A stretch of 64,000 nucleotides of DNA. Origin: a virus. The notes under the pieces were generated by a model. The model made no database searches. It was not told the DNA's origin and saw only the letters and a program-made list of their open reading frames with translations. Shown here in pieces: positions 55,561 through 63,715 of the stretch. The position numbers and the translations under genes are program-made. Positions within the stretch are counted from its first letter, which is position 1. Each line of letters starts with the position of its first letter. The stretch lies in IMG/VR virus record IMGVR_UViG_3300043395_002542, positions 5,162 to 69,161 of that record. One strand, written 5' to 3'.

Positions 55561-55632
55561 TAGGTCCGCCGAGAATTGAACTCGGTTCTGCCGCTTATAA
55601 GGCGACGGCCTTAACCAATAGGCGACGGACCC
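55561..55632 (-). tRNA. trnI: tRNA-Ile(UAU)
   Basis: GGGTCCG/CGGACCT acceptor, GTCGC-CTTATAA-GCGGC anticodon arm, CCGAG-TTCAATT-CTCGG T arm. Confidence 0.88.
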
Positions 55633-55636
55633 ATCT

Positions 55637-56197
55637 TCACGCAGCGATCATATCAGATTCTTCTGCTAATTTCGCTATTTGCCAAATACTTGGCATCACC
55701 GTGTCGTTCATGTTGTAATGTCCCTTCATCGCATAGCTTGTGCGCGGAGTGGCCTCCATGCGATGGAAAACAATCTGCCCGATCAACATGCCTGGGTACA
55801 AAGGAATTGCATGTACCTGACGAATGTTATGCAGTTCAAGCGTCAGGCGGCTGCCGTAGAAGCCGGGATCAATAAATGCACTCAGAGCGTGAGAATATCC
55901 TTCTCGCCCACGGCTTGATTTAAGTGCAAATTGCCCGGCAACATCCTCGGGCATATTCAGAATTTCTTGCGTGCAAGCAAGACAGAATTGACCGGGGCCA
56001 AGCAGCCATGGATTTTCTTCTGTGTAGCCTTGCAGTGGCGCACGAACAAATTGCTCGCTAACAACTGATTCGATCATTATTTCGTCGCCCAGTCGAACGT
56101 CGTAACTCGCTGGGTTGACTTGATCGGGCGAAAAAGGAAGAACCATCGCCTGATCTTTGCACAGGCGCTCTATTTCGTAATCCTGAAGAATGGGCAT
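55637..56197 (-). CDS. dcd: dCTP deaminase
   Basis: NPASYDVRLG, KSSRGR.G, IDPGF.G..LTLEL, IGQIVF. Confidence 0.9.
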   Translation of the reverse strand: MPILQDYEIERLCKDQAMVLPFSPDQVNPASYDVRLGDEIMIESVVSEQFVRAPLQGYTEENPWLLGPGQFCLACTQEILNMPEDVAGQFALKSSRGREGYSHALSAFIDPGFYGSRLTLELHNIRQVHAIPLYPGMLIGQIVFHRMEATPRTSYAMKGHYNMNDTVMPSIWQIAKLAEESDMIAA

Positions 56198-56214
56198 AGC
56201 AATTCAAGTGCCAA

Positions 56215-56514
56215 TTAATACCTGGAGGATTCGCTTAACTTTTTGATCCCCTTGCGCAAATAAGCATAGTGCCGAGTGTCCTTAAGTAAAGCGGGCTGCC
56301 CGCAAATGCAACAAACGCCATGTGCTGATGTGCTCGCTCCTTCCCTCGGCTCTCCATAGAGAATTCCGCAACGCGAGCAGCAAGTGTTTGCGGTTACCAG
56401 CGTGCGCAGCAGATCAATGTTCTTCAAACGCCGCCTCCGCGATGGCCGGAAAACAGCGACCAAATATTTGCTGGCATTCCTCAGCAATTTCTCGATGCTC
56501 AAGTTAGGCTTCAT
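56215..56514 (-). CDS. Hypothetical Zn-finger protein
   Basis: CSRCG..YG...ST...G.C.ICG...RHYAYL. Confidence 0.6.
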   Translation of the reverse strand: MKPNLSIEKLLRNASKYLVAVFRPSRRRRLKNIDLLRTLVTANTCCSRCGILYGEPREGASTSAHGVCCICGQPALLKDTRHYAYLRKGIKKLSESSRY

Positions 56515-57104
56515 GTCTTAAATGGGAAAATTGCTTGATGGCGCGAGATCCTCGATATATGCTCAAGAAATTTGTCGTGTGACATTTTATGTTTCATCCA
56601 ATTGCACGTAGAACAGCATGGGACACAATTGCCATTAATGTAGCCAATTTCATTGTATATCCTGTCAATGCCTGTATATGCAAAATTTCCACTTGTTTTG
56701 CCAAGTCCCTTTGATATGGTTTGTAGACCAGATCCACAATAAACACAATTTTTTGTGCATATAGCTTTGAACTCTTCCTTTGAGAGCATAAAGTCAAGCC
56801 CGCGCCTATCTGCTCGATTTGCGTAAGAATAATAAAGCTGATTAAAAGCCGCTTCTCCAGGCGGAAGCTGCCATGATTTGTTTTTAGGACCAACGCTGCG
56901 CCATATACTTGATTCGTGCTTCATGCATCCACGGGAAATCATTTTGTGCAAATGCCCGGATGCTATTACTTTTTCTTTATCGCAATAAGAGCAATGGATT
57001 TTAACTTTTGCTCTTTTGCTGGCGCCTTGTGATATAACTTCAAGCACTGTTATTTTGCCATTGCTAAATTGTTGGCCAGGGGAGTATTTCAGAGGTCTTG
57101 GCAT
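56511..57104 (-). CDS. HNH-type (homing) endonuclease
   Basis: CVYCG...GIDRIYNEIGY..GNCVPCCSTCNWMK. Confidence 0.8.
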   Translation of the reverse strand: MPRPLKYSPGQQFSNGKITVLEVISQGASKRAKVKIHCSYCDKEKVIASGHLHKMISRGCMKHESSIWRSVGPKNKSWQLPPGEAAFNQLYYSYANRADRRGLDFMLSKEEFKAICTKNCVYCGSGLQTISKGLGKTSGNFAYTGIDRIYNEIGYINGNCVPCCSTCNWMKHKMSHDKFLEHISRISRHQAIFPFKT

Positions 57105-57736
57105 TTGTTCCAGTTAAGAGCTTCGCCTATGATAGGAAATTGCTCGACAAATATTTTCCTGCACTCAATAGCAATTTCCCTGTGCTCCAATTGAGTTTCT
57201 TTAGAGCTTCGCAATTCTATATAGTGAATCCACGACCTTAGTGTTGAATGCATATATAAAGTCGTTGGCGTACAGAGAGGAAGAATTCGACGAGCAGTTT
57301 CTTTTGCTACGCCCTGGGCCAACATTGCTTCGTACACGCCATAGGCTTTACCAATGACGTTTCCTGCTGCAGAGCGAAAACGAATCTCGTCGTCTTCAGG
57401 CAAATCATCAAAGCTGTTTTGACGATTCTTGTCATCCTGTCGCCGAAATTTGGGAATCTCAGCGATTGAAGTCTGCGCGTAGCGCGTAGAAAATTCCTGG
57501 AAGGAAAAGCTTCTGTGCCTAAGGATTTGAGCTGCAATATCGCGCTCAGTATCAATCTTTAGGCACAAGGAAGCCATTTCAAATGGACTCCAGTGAGAGT
57601 GCTTGATCAAATAGCGCAACAACCTGGGTGCAGTTGCATCGTTGTCTTGATTGGCGGGATTTGATACCCGCGCCATCCTGACAATTAATTTTTCAGCATC
57701 AGGTGTGCAATGAATGAACTCAACTTTATTATTCAT
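57089..57736 (-). CDS. thyX: Flavin-dependent thymidylate synthase
   Basis: HWSPFEM and RHRSFSFQEFSTRY signature; start MNNKVEF. Confidence 0.95.
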   Translation of the reverse strand: MNNKVEFIHCTPDAEKLIVRMARVSNPANQDNDATAPRLLRYLIKHSHWSPFEMASLCLKIDTERDIAAQILRHRSFSFQEFSTRYAQTSIAEIPKFRRQDDKNRQNSFDDLPEDDEIRFRSAAGNVIGKAYGVYEAMLAQGVAKETARRILPLCTPTTLYMHSTLRSWIHYIELRSSKETQLEHREIAIECRKIFVEQFPIIGEALNWNKCQDL

Positions 57737-57908
57737 CTTCGCCTTCATCTTCGTCTTCAAAGTTAGCTTCCACTTGCGCCAAAACATAACTCGCAAAAGC
57801 AACATGCGATGCCGCACTTTGCTTGTTTGCTGGAGCGTTGGGAAAAGACTCTTTCCAGTAGTCCTGGAATAGATCACTGAGAGCCTGATTTAATACTTCG
57901 TTAGTCAT
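57729..57908 (-). CDS. Small protein with acidic tail (59 aa; not in track)
   Basis: LFQDYWKESFPNAPANKQ...HVAFA. Confidence 0.6.
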   Translation of the reverse strand: MTNEVLNQALSDLFQDYWKESFPNAPANKQSAASHVAFASYVLAQVEANFEDEDEGEDE

Positions 57909-58054
57909 TGCTTTAGCTCTTGTTTCATGTATTTGTGGGCCAATCCAGTATAGAGCATGTAGAACTCATGCCCTTTTTTATCTCGCCCATCTTGCAAGAA
58001 CCAGCCATCAAGCCGTTCCTGCTTTTTGTTTTCTTCGATTGGATCAATGAGCAT
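57905..58054 (-). CDS. Small hypothetical protein
   Basis: QERLD.WF..DGRD...H....LYTGL motif. Confidence 0.6.
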   Translation of the reverse strand: MLIDPIEENKKQERLDGWFLQDGRDKKGHEFYMLYTGLAHKYMKQELKQ

Positions 58055-58055
58055 G

Positions 58056-58211
58056 TCAATGAGTGCTGTGTTTCTCGATCCAGCGTGCGGCCTGGGCGCA
58101 CCGCCACCCATAACAGGCAGCGGCACGCACCAGAGCCCTCAGATTGACCGTCAGGGGCGCCTCTGAGTTCCAGACCGACTCGATAATGGCATCGGTTTCG
58201 GCGTCAGTCAT
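58056..58211 (-). CDS. Small hypothetical protein (51 aa; not in track)
   Basis: MTDAETDAIIESVW...LRALVRAAACYGW; fills gap. Confidence 0.55.
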   Translation of the reverse strand: MTDAETDAIIESVWNSEAPLTVNLRALVRAAACYGWRCAQAARWIEKHSTH

Positions 58212-58356
58212 CGGGCGTCAGGAGCACTGCCTGACCGTAATAAGGGGCAAGGTCACTGTTCATGAGAAGGTGCCTGGCCTCGATGGCCGACGCCGCCTGA
58301 AATGGACGGAAAATGTTCAGGCGAGGGATGTGAAAGACGTAGCGCTTGTCGTTCAT
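58204..58356 (-). CDS. Small hypothetical protein
   Basis: MNDKRYVFHIP...; coupled to neighbours. Confidence 0.5.
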   Translation of the reverse strand: MNDKRYVFHIPRLNIFRPFQAASAIEARHLLMNSDLAPYYGQAVLLTPDD

Positions 58357-58473
58357 TCTCTGTGTGGGTTTGGTTGTGATGCGCAACATACAAGATGTGC
58401 GAATGAAAAATAGCAGTAAAAGTAGCAGTCGCAATCAAAAGGCAAAAAGCATTTGCAAGCTTGTCGCGAAAGT

Positions 58474-58857
58474 TCATTTAACTAAATCCGTGAGGATGGG
58501 CGGTTTGTAGTTTGGCCCCTTCAGAACCTTCCCGTCGTGCCTGCGCATAACTTTTCCGTTTTCGTCAAGCTTGCTCATGTTGCTCTCGAAAACGCGATGC
58601 AGCGCTTCGTCAAGATCCCAGCCGAGATATTCGGCCATTTGATAGCAGACAAAAACAAGATCAGCTAATTCTTTGAGAAAATCTTCTCTTGCTGCTGTGG
58701 CGCCACGGCTGCCTTCATATGAAAAGCTTGCAACCATTGTTTCGTTATATTCTTCGCGAATCAATAATCGCTGCAATTCAAACTGATCTCGATTCCAGTC
58801 TTTTGGGAGCCCAAAAACTTCCCTGAATTTCCGTGCCTGTTCTTGAAGGGTTTGCAT
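58474..58857 (-). CDS. MazG-like/PRA-PH nucleotide pyrophosphohydrolase
   Basis: LIREEY.E...KELADLVFV...VFESNMSKL...DGKVLKGPNY. Confidence 0.88.
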   Translation of the reverse strand: MQTLQEQARKFREVFGLPKDWNRDQFELQRLLIREEYNETMVASFSYEGSRGATAAREDFLKELADLVFVCYQMAEYLGWDLDEALHRVFESNMSKLDENGKVMRRHDGKVLKGPNYKPPILTDLVK

Positions 58858-58869
58858 GGTTGAAATGGC

Positions 58870-58897
58870 AAAACAAAGGCCCCGCCGAAACGGGGCC
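58870..58897 (-). terminator. Intrinsic terminator after AbrB-like gene
   Basis: GGCCCCG-TTTCGG-CGGGGCC plus TTTGTTTT on minus. Confidence 0.7.
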
Positions 58898-58919
58898 GAT
58901 TTGTCCGGCTGTGATCAGA

Positions 58920-59456
58920 TCACAGATCGAGATCGTCGCCCTCGTCAGCGGCGTCTGCATCGCCCTCAAAGGCGGTCAGAACGATCTTGCCTTCCTCGGC
59001 GGTCACTTGCACCTTGGAGCCGGGACCAAAGCCAGCAATGCTGCTGTGACGGTTGCCGACGACGCAGTTGCCGGTCTTGCCAACGGTGATCACGGGCTGA
59101 CGACCACGGCGAACGGTGTAAGAGCGACGGTTGGAGGGCGGCACATAACCAGTGCTGGCCTCGGTCATCGCCTTGAAGAAGGCGGGCTTGTGATAACGGG
59201 TCTCGCTCTCGCCAGTTTCGTTATCGGTTACAAGGGTGTAGTAACCAGTTGCAAAAAGAACTTCCTCGATGGGATCTTCTTTGTGCGCAGCAACGTAGTC
59301 AAGCAGAGCCTGACCCGTCATTTTGTCGCCCTTGACTTTGGTTTTACCCACTTCAGGAGCTTCGGTTTCTTCGATTTCAGGAGCGAGAGTTGCAGGTGCC
59401 ATTTCGGAATCAACGGGATCTAGGACGTTTTCTGCGCCCTGTTTTTTGCGAGCCAT
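58920..59456 (-). CDS. Cyanobacterial AbrB-like (cyAbrB) transcription regulator
   Basis: TGQALL...TGYY...FFKAM.EA...V...GN.VVG......GFGPG...V....GKIVL; own promoter TTGCAA-17-TATTTT and terminator. Confidence 0.72.
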   Translation of the reverse strand: MARKKQGAENVLDPVDSEMAPATLAPEIEETEAPEVGKTKVKGDKMTGQALLDYVAAHKEDPIEEVLFATGYYTLVTDNETGESETRYHKPAFFKAMTEASTGYVPPSNRRSYTVRRGRQPVITVGKTGNCVVGNRHSSIAGFGPGSKVQVTAEEGKIVLTAFEGDADAADEGDDLDL

Positions 59457-59520
59457 AACGGCTGGTGTGGTTGACCGATGCAAAATAACATGGCAACCGG
59501 GCTTTTGCAAGTATCGCTCG

Positions 59521-60060
59521 TCAGGGAGCAAATACAAAAGCCGCCCCACCAGCTGCTGCTTCATTTAGGCGCGTCACTGTTACGTGAACGCCAGGAACGC
59601 CATCCGGCTTGCAATAAAGCTTGATGGACGAAGCGGCGACAATTAAGGCGTCGTCATCGTAACATACTTTTGTAAGAGCGTCGCCACATGCGCGTAACAG
59701 TTTGTCGGCGTCGCCCAACTTGCTGTGAAAAACGGGCGCGTTCGATTTCAGTTCGCCCTTGGCATTGAAGTGGGCCTTCGGGCGCGGCATGTAAAAAACG
59801 GCGTGCAGGGCGTACAGGCCATTCGTCTGCCACATGTTTGGGCGCATGATCAGGGCCATGCGACCGATACTGCTGCGCCACTGGTGAAGCCCTTTGGACT
59901 GCTCGACCATCGCTACGGCCACACGTTGTTTCCCGTTCGCATCGGTCCAGGTTCGGCCGAAAGCGCTTTTGGAGCCCTGGGTTTCAGGTTTTCCGGCGAC
60001 GAAGAAAGAGAAGCTTTGCTCAGCGCACTCTTCAAAGTTGGTCAGCAGGTTCAGCGTCAC
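59521..60060 (-). CDS. rusA: RusA-like Holliday junction resolvase
   Basis: GKP.TQGSK, PRPK, DADKLLRA..DAL....Y.DD..IV. Confidence 0.88.
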   Translation of the reverse strand: MTLNLLTNFEECAEQSFSFFVAGKPETQGSKSAFGRTWTDANGKQRVAVAMVEQSKGLHQWRSSIGRMALIMRPNMWQTNGLYALHAVFYMPRPKAHFNAKGELKSNAPVFHSKLGDADKLLRACGDALTKVCYDDDALIVAASSIKLYCKPDGVPGVHVTVTRLNEAAAGGAAFVFAP

Positions 60061-60769
60061 TTTTTTGCTGATCCTCTTTGTAAAGCTCGATCAACCTAGC
60101 AACGATGACACGAATGTGATATTTATCAAATCTCTCGTAAAGTTTTTCTGCTATTTTTTTGCAGCCATCTGCTGATACAAACCGTAAGTGCTTGATTGGC
60201 TTGAGCTTTTCTTCTCTGTTTCTTAGCAGATAGTGATCGCAGCAAACGAATACATCTTTGAATTTTCTTCCTGCGCCTATGTCTTGAAGTAAATGCGGGT
60301 AATCGAAATAGAGCATACACAGAAGCCTGTATGCCTCATACTTTTTAAGCTTTTGCGATCGAGGCATGTATCGAATACATGTCTTCAGCCGCTTAAATTC
60401 AAAATACTCACCAGGAAAATTAAATCGCTCGTCTTCATTTTTCAGCCAATTGATCAGCTTTGACGCATATTGAGTTTGCGTTTTGTCTTGTATCGCAACT
60501 TTTGCGCAATTGGCGAGAAACTGATTGATACTTTTCGACGTGATGCCCAGCCCGTATGTGTAGTTGTAGAAAAAATCAATAATGCCACTGAGCTTTGCGT
60601 CTTTACCGTTAAAGGTTTTATATCCTAGGTACGTTTTTCTGCTCATTATTTTGCACATTGTCACGAAGAACGGCTCTGAATACTGACCGTTCATCACTGT
60701 TGACAAGTGCAGTCGCGCTTCTGCTACAAGCCGTGCGTCGTAAAAAATATCGTCCTTAGCCGTGGGCAT
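60032..60769 (-). CDS. Hypothetical protein
   Basis: 245 aa ORF overlapping both neighbours. Confidence 0.65.
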   Translation of the reverse strand: MPTAKDDIFYDARLVAEARLHLSTVMNGQYSEPFFVTMCKIMSRKTYLGYKTFNGKDAKLSGIIDFFYNYTYGLGITSKSINQFLANCAKVAIQDKTQTQYASKLINWLKNEDERFNFPGEYFEFKRLKTCIRYMPRSQKLKKYEAYRLLCMLYFDYPHLLQDIGAGRKFKDVFVCCDHYLLRNREEKLKPIKHLRFVSADGCKKIAEKLYERFDKYHIRVIVARLIELYKEDQQKSDAEPADQL

Positions 60770-61307
60770 TAGCGAGTGCTAGATCAATTTTCGCCCGAAA
60801 CTCTTCAAGAGTTCCGTCGTTTTCGATGATCCTATCAAATCCATTCCACTCGTCTAGCGCACCTTCTGATACGTGAGACCAATCGTGCCCTGCGGATGGC
60901 CGAACAATTTTCCACATTTCGCCGCCCATTTCTTTTATCGCCTCGGCTTCATTCGGGAAGCGAACGTCATCAGCGATTACAGCATCAAATTTTGAAGCCC
61001 TTGCTTTCCACGCACGAATCCAAACATCGTCGCAAACATAATCCCTGCCCCATTGCGTGCCAAGAGTTTGCAGGAGATAACGGCAGCTTGCATTGAGTTC
61101 TTTTATGACAACAGCTTTGTCAACCCACGCAAGTTTTATTGCCTGTTCTTTTTCGTATCCAAAGCTTACCAGAAATTCAGTGATCATTCTTTTCAGCGGC
61201 TCGGCGAAGCTGACTGGCTGATAACCCTTGTGAACCAATACCGTTGCCGCCAATGTCTTGCCAGACTGAGGGGCGGGGCTATAAATACCGATTAGCTTTT
61301 TGGGCAT
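60756..61307 (-). CDS. Deoxynucleoside monophosphate kinase
   Basis: SGKT, SFAEPLK, R.LLQTLGTQWGR, DDVRFPNEAEAI, HVSE. Confidence 0.88.
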   Translation of the reverse strand: MPKKLIGIYSPAPQSGKTLAATVLVHKGYQPVSFAEPLKRMITEFLVSFGYEKEQAIKLAWVDKAVVIKELNASCRYLLQTLGTQWGRDYVCDDVWIRAWKARASKFDAVIADDVRFPNEAEAIKEMGGEMWKIVRPSAGHDWSHVSEGALDEWNGFDRIIENDGTLEEFRAKIDLALANAHG

Positions 61308-61336
61308 TGAAGTTCTGCGTGCATTTCAGGATACAA

Positions 61337-61561
61337 GAAAACCCCCTTTCGGGGGCTTTCCAGCTTGGACTTACGAGCATTTTGTCTTAGTGAGGCCCAG
61401 AAGCCTATGGGTTGGCTGGAACCGCCTCACTCCGCGATCAGACCCCGAGACGTTGCGGACGCCGTGACCTTGCAAGCTACCGCCTGGCCCGAGCAGTAGA
61501 GGTGTTGGCGAGGGGGAGACAAAACAGCAGCGACAGGGATCAATACCTGCTGTGCCCTGCC
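61337..61561 (-). ncRNA. Putative structured ncRNA/attenuator ending in an intrinsic terminator
   Basis: At least seven complementary segment pairs including two pseudoknot candidates; terminator 61337-61360. Confidence 0.55.
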
Positions 61562-61567
61562 AAGAGA

Positions 61568-61939
61568 TCAGAACGCTACATCTTCATCAGATACGGAAGA
61601 GCCGCGCTTGCTTGCATAACGCTCTTCACCGGGGCCACTGTTTTCAGGAATGGTGAAATGAAAACCATCCATGTAAATGGCGTAGTAAGGAGTGTTATCC
61701 TTCTTGGATTCTTTTTGAAGCACGTTTTTGATGAGGCCAGTAATGGTAACCTGGCGACCATCTTGATTGATATAGCGCTGAGCTAGCTCAATCTTTTTGC
61801 CGTAAAAAACAGCGTTAACAAAGTACGACTGCTTGCCGTTGCCAGACTTGCAACGAATAGAAACGGTTGCAGTTTTGCCGTAGTCAGTGTCTTTGACTTG
61901 AATCTCGCCAGTTGTATAACCGGTTGCGGTGAGAATCAT
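61568..61939 (-). CDS. ssb: Single-stranded DNA-binding protein
   Basis: OB-fold-like sequence with acidic C-terminus DEDVAF. Confidence 0.75.
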   Translation of the reverse strand: MILTATGYTTGEIQVKDTDYGKTATVSIRCKSGNGKQSYFVNAVFYGKKIELAQRYINQDGRQVTITGLIKNVLQKESKKDNTPYYAIYMDGFHFTIPENSGPGEERYASKRGSSVSDEDVAF

Positions 61940-62691
61940 GATTCAGTGAGCCGAGGAAAAGTGGTGTTTTCAAGGGAGCAATAAGCTTTGTAGCGCTCGA
62001 TGAACTCTTGCGCTGCAGCCTTTAACTCCTGTTTGTTAAGGACGTGAATGTGTGGCTCACGCCAGTCGTAACAAATGCAGATTACACCCTGAGTTATTTC
62101 CGTGTCAAGTTCTCCGCGCTTAACGGCAAGATTATGAGCAAGTGCGTAAGCGGCAATTTGAATTTCTGCCTCTTTGTAATGAGATATTGACTTTGGTTTC
62201 TTTTTGACGCCCTCCTCTTTGTATGAGCGTACGGTTTTCCAGTCCCAGATGCTGTATTCGCCCTCCCAGAAGAGCCTTGCGTCAGCAGTTCCTGCATAGC
62301 CAAGATGACAATGAAGAACTTCTTCGATTAAAAATGATGGATGACTAACACCGTGCTTAAAATTATTTTCTTTGATAATCTCAAGTACAGGTTGTAAATA
62401 CGTCATATACTCTGGAACGTTATATGAGATCATTTCATCCATACTCGCATGATCCATTCTGTGCTTTTGTGCATCACCAAAGAACGAGAGTTCAGTTTCT
62501 GAGTGAATAATTGTTCCTCTGCGCTGCGCTCGCTCCATGATGTCTTGCCAGTTCGGCTCCATTTGGCGCCAAATTTCAAGACCCTTTAACTTGTTTGGAT
62601 TGAACAGTTCTGCTGTTCTACCAAGAACAGAACTAACCGAGATGTATTCGGTATCTTCTTTTGTATAAATACCAGATTTAGGATGGGCCAT
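61936..62691 (-). CDS. PD-(D/E)XK exonuclease
   Basis: SVSSVL, RGTIIH, YAGTAD...DWKT, QIAAYA. Confidence 0.85.
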   Translation of the reverse strand: MAHPKSGIYTKEDTEYISVSSVLGRTAELFNPNKLKGLEIWRQMEPNWQDIMERAQRRGTIIHSETELSFFGDAQKHRMDHASMDEMISYNVPEYMTYLQPVLEIIKENNFKHGVSHPSFLIEEVLHCHLGYAGTADARLFWEGEYSIWDWKTVRSYKEEGVKKKPKSISHYKEAEIQIAAYALAHNLAVKRGELDTEITQGVICICYDWREPHIHVLNKQELKAAAQEFIERYKAYCSLENTTFPRLTES

Positions 62692-62995
62692 TTCTCTGCT
62701 GTGGGATGAATGGCAATTGTACTTTGTTTTTTTGCTGAGCGCAACTACCTGTGTTTTCCTGCAGTCTTGCGTTAATAAGCCTCCAATTGATCTCGACCTG
62801 TCTGCCTGTCGGCCATGTAACTTCGCTCTGTAGAACCGTTACCTCTGCTGGCTGAACAGTTGCAAAACGTATCTTGCAAGAATTGCATATTCTGATTCGA
62901 TGCCAATCGCCCTGCTTTGATCGAGTTGTTCTAAAAACATTCGTATTATCTGATTGACAGGCGGGGCATTTAGGATTTGCGATTGTTCTATTCAT
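62678..62995 (-). CDS. NrdR-like Zn-ribbon protein
   Basis: CPAC.S.NT.V..T......R.R.C..C..RF.T. Confidence 0.65.
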   Translation of the reverse strand: MNRTIANPKCPACQSDNTNVFRTTRSKQGDWHRIRICNSCKIRFATVQPAEVTVLQSEVTWPTGRQVEINWRLINARLQENTGSCAQQKNKVQLPFIPQQRNGPS

Positions 62996-63188
62996 TTAAG
63001 CTTTCTAGTTTCTCAGCAAGATCCTCAAGTGTAGACACTGGAACTCCAATCAGGCTTGCGTCATCACAATCGCAATACTCCTCAAAAACATTAGCTAAAT
63101 GCTTTAACACATTTGCAATTCCTTGAGCGACAGTTTCGCCTTCTTCAAATTCATCAATAAGACGTTCGGCGCAGCTTGAAGAGATCAT
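62988..63188 (-). CDS. Small acidic hypothetical protein
   Basis: 66 aa coupled ORF. Confidence 0.6.
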   Translation of the reverse strand: MISSSCAERLIDEFEEGETVAQGIANVLKHLANVFEEYCDCDDASLIGVPVSTLEDLAEKLESLNE

Positions 63189-63352
63189 TGTGATTCCAGC
63201 TCGTCGGCGATAGCGAGAAGTTGTAATTTGTCGCGTTTGCAGTACAACGCAGCAGCTTGCAGGGCGGCGGCAATAACCAAGGGATACGGCTCACCATCCT
63301 GACCCATGACTGCATCCATTACGGCCTGCGCTTGTGGCGATAGTTTAGTCAT
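63185..63352 (-). CDS. Small protein MTKLSPQAQAVMDA... (55 aa; not in track)
   Basis: Paralogue of 63413-63715. Confidence 0.65.
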   Translation of the reverse strand: MTKLSPQAQAVMDAVMGQDGEPYPLVIAAALQAAALYCKRDKLQLLAIADELESQ

Positions 63353-63420
63353 TTGAAGTACCAAGCAACGATGAAAAGAATCAAAACAGCAGAAAGTAGC
63401 GTGGACTGGTAATCAGTCAT
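63349..63420 (-). CDS. 23 aa hydrophobic peptide
   Basis: MTDYQSTLLSAVLILFIVAWYFK; overlaps both neighbours' stop/start. Confidence 0.45.
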   Translation of the reverse strand: MTDYQSTLLSAVLILFIVAWYFK

Positions 63421-63715
63421 TCGTACTCTCCAGCTCGGCGGCGATGGCGAGAAGTTGAGCGTGGATGTGCTGGCGCTGCTCCCATTTGGAATCAGACATC
63501 AACTGGTAGTCCCGAGGCCATGGCTCACCCTCTCCGGCTGGTGGTTCAAACTGCTCCGGCACCACCTGCTCAGCAGCAGCTCGCAGGGCGGCGGCGAGGG
63601 CATATACGTTCTTGTAAATGTGTGGGTTGCGGTAAGCATCCAGCACCGCCTGCGCGTGGGGGGACAGCGAACTTCTAATTTGGCGATCATTAGGAGTTGG
63701 CTTGGGTTCAGTCAT
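63413..63715 (-). CDS. Hypothetical protein (LSP.AQAVLDA family)
   Basis: LSPHAQAVLDA...ALAAALRAAAEQVVPE...LLAIAAELE. Confidence 0.7.
   Translation of the reverse strand: MTEPKPTPNDRQIRSSLSPHAQAVLDAYRNPHIYKNVYALAAALRAAAEQVVPEQFEPPAGEGEPWPRDYQLMSDSKWEQRQHIHAQLLAIAAELESTND

Noticed and set aside
55481-55632. tRNAs as attP/prophage boundary
   Set aside because: Both look full length, no integrase or duplicated 3' end is seen, and phage genes lie on both sides
61337-61561. Known RNA classes (tmRNA, group I intron, hammerhead, manA)
   Set aside because: No tRNA-like ends, no convincing P/Q/R/S elements, no CUGAUGA/GAAA core, and no match to the manA features I remember; left unassigned pending an Rfam search
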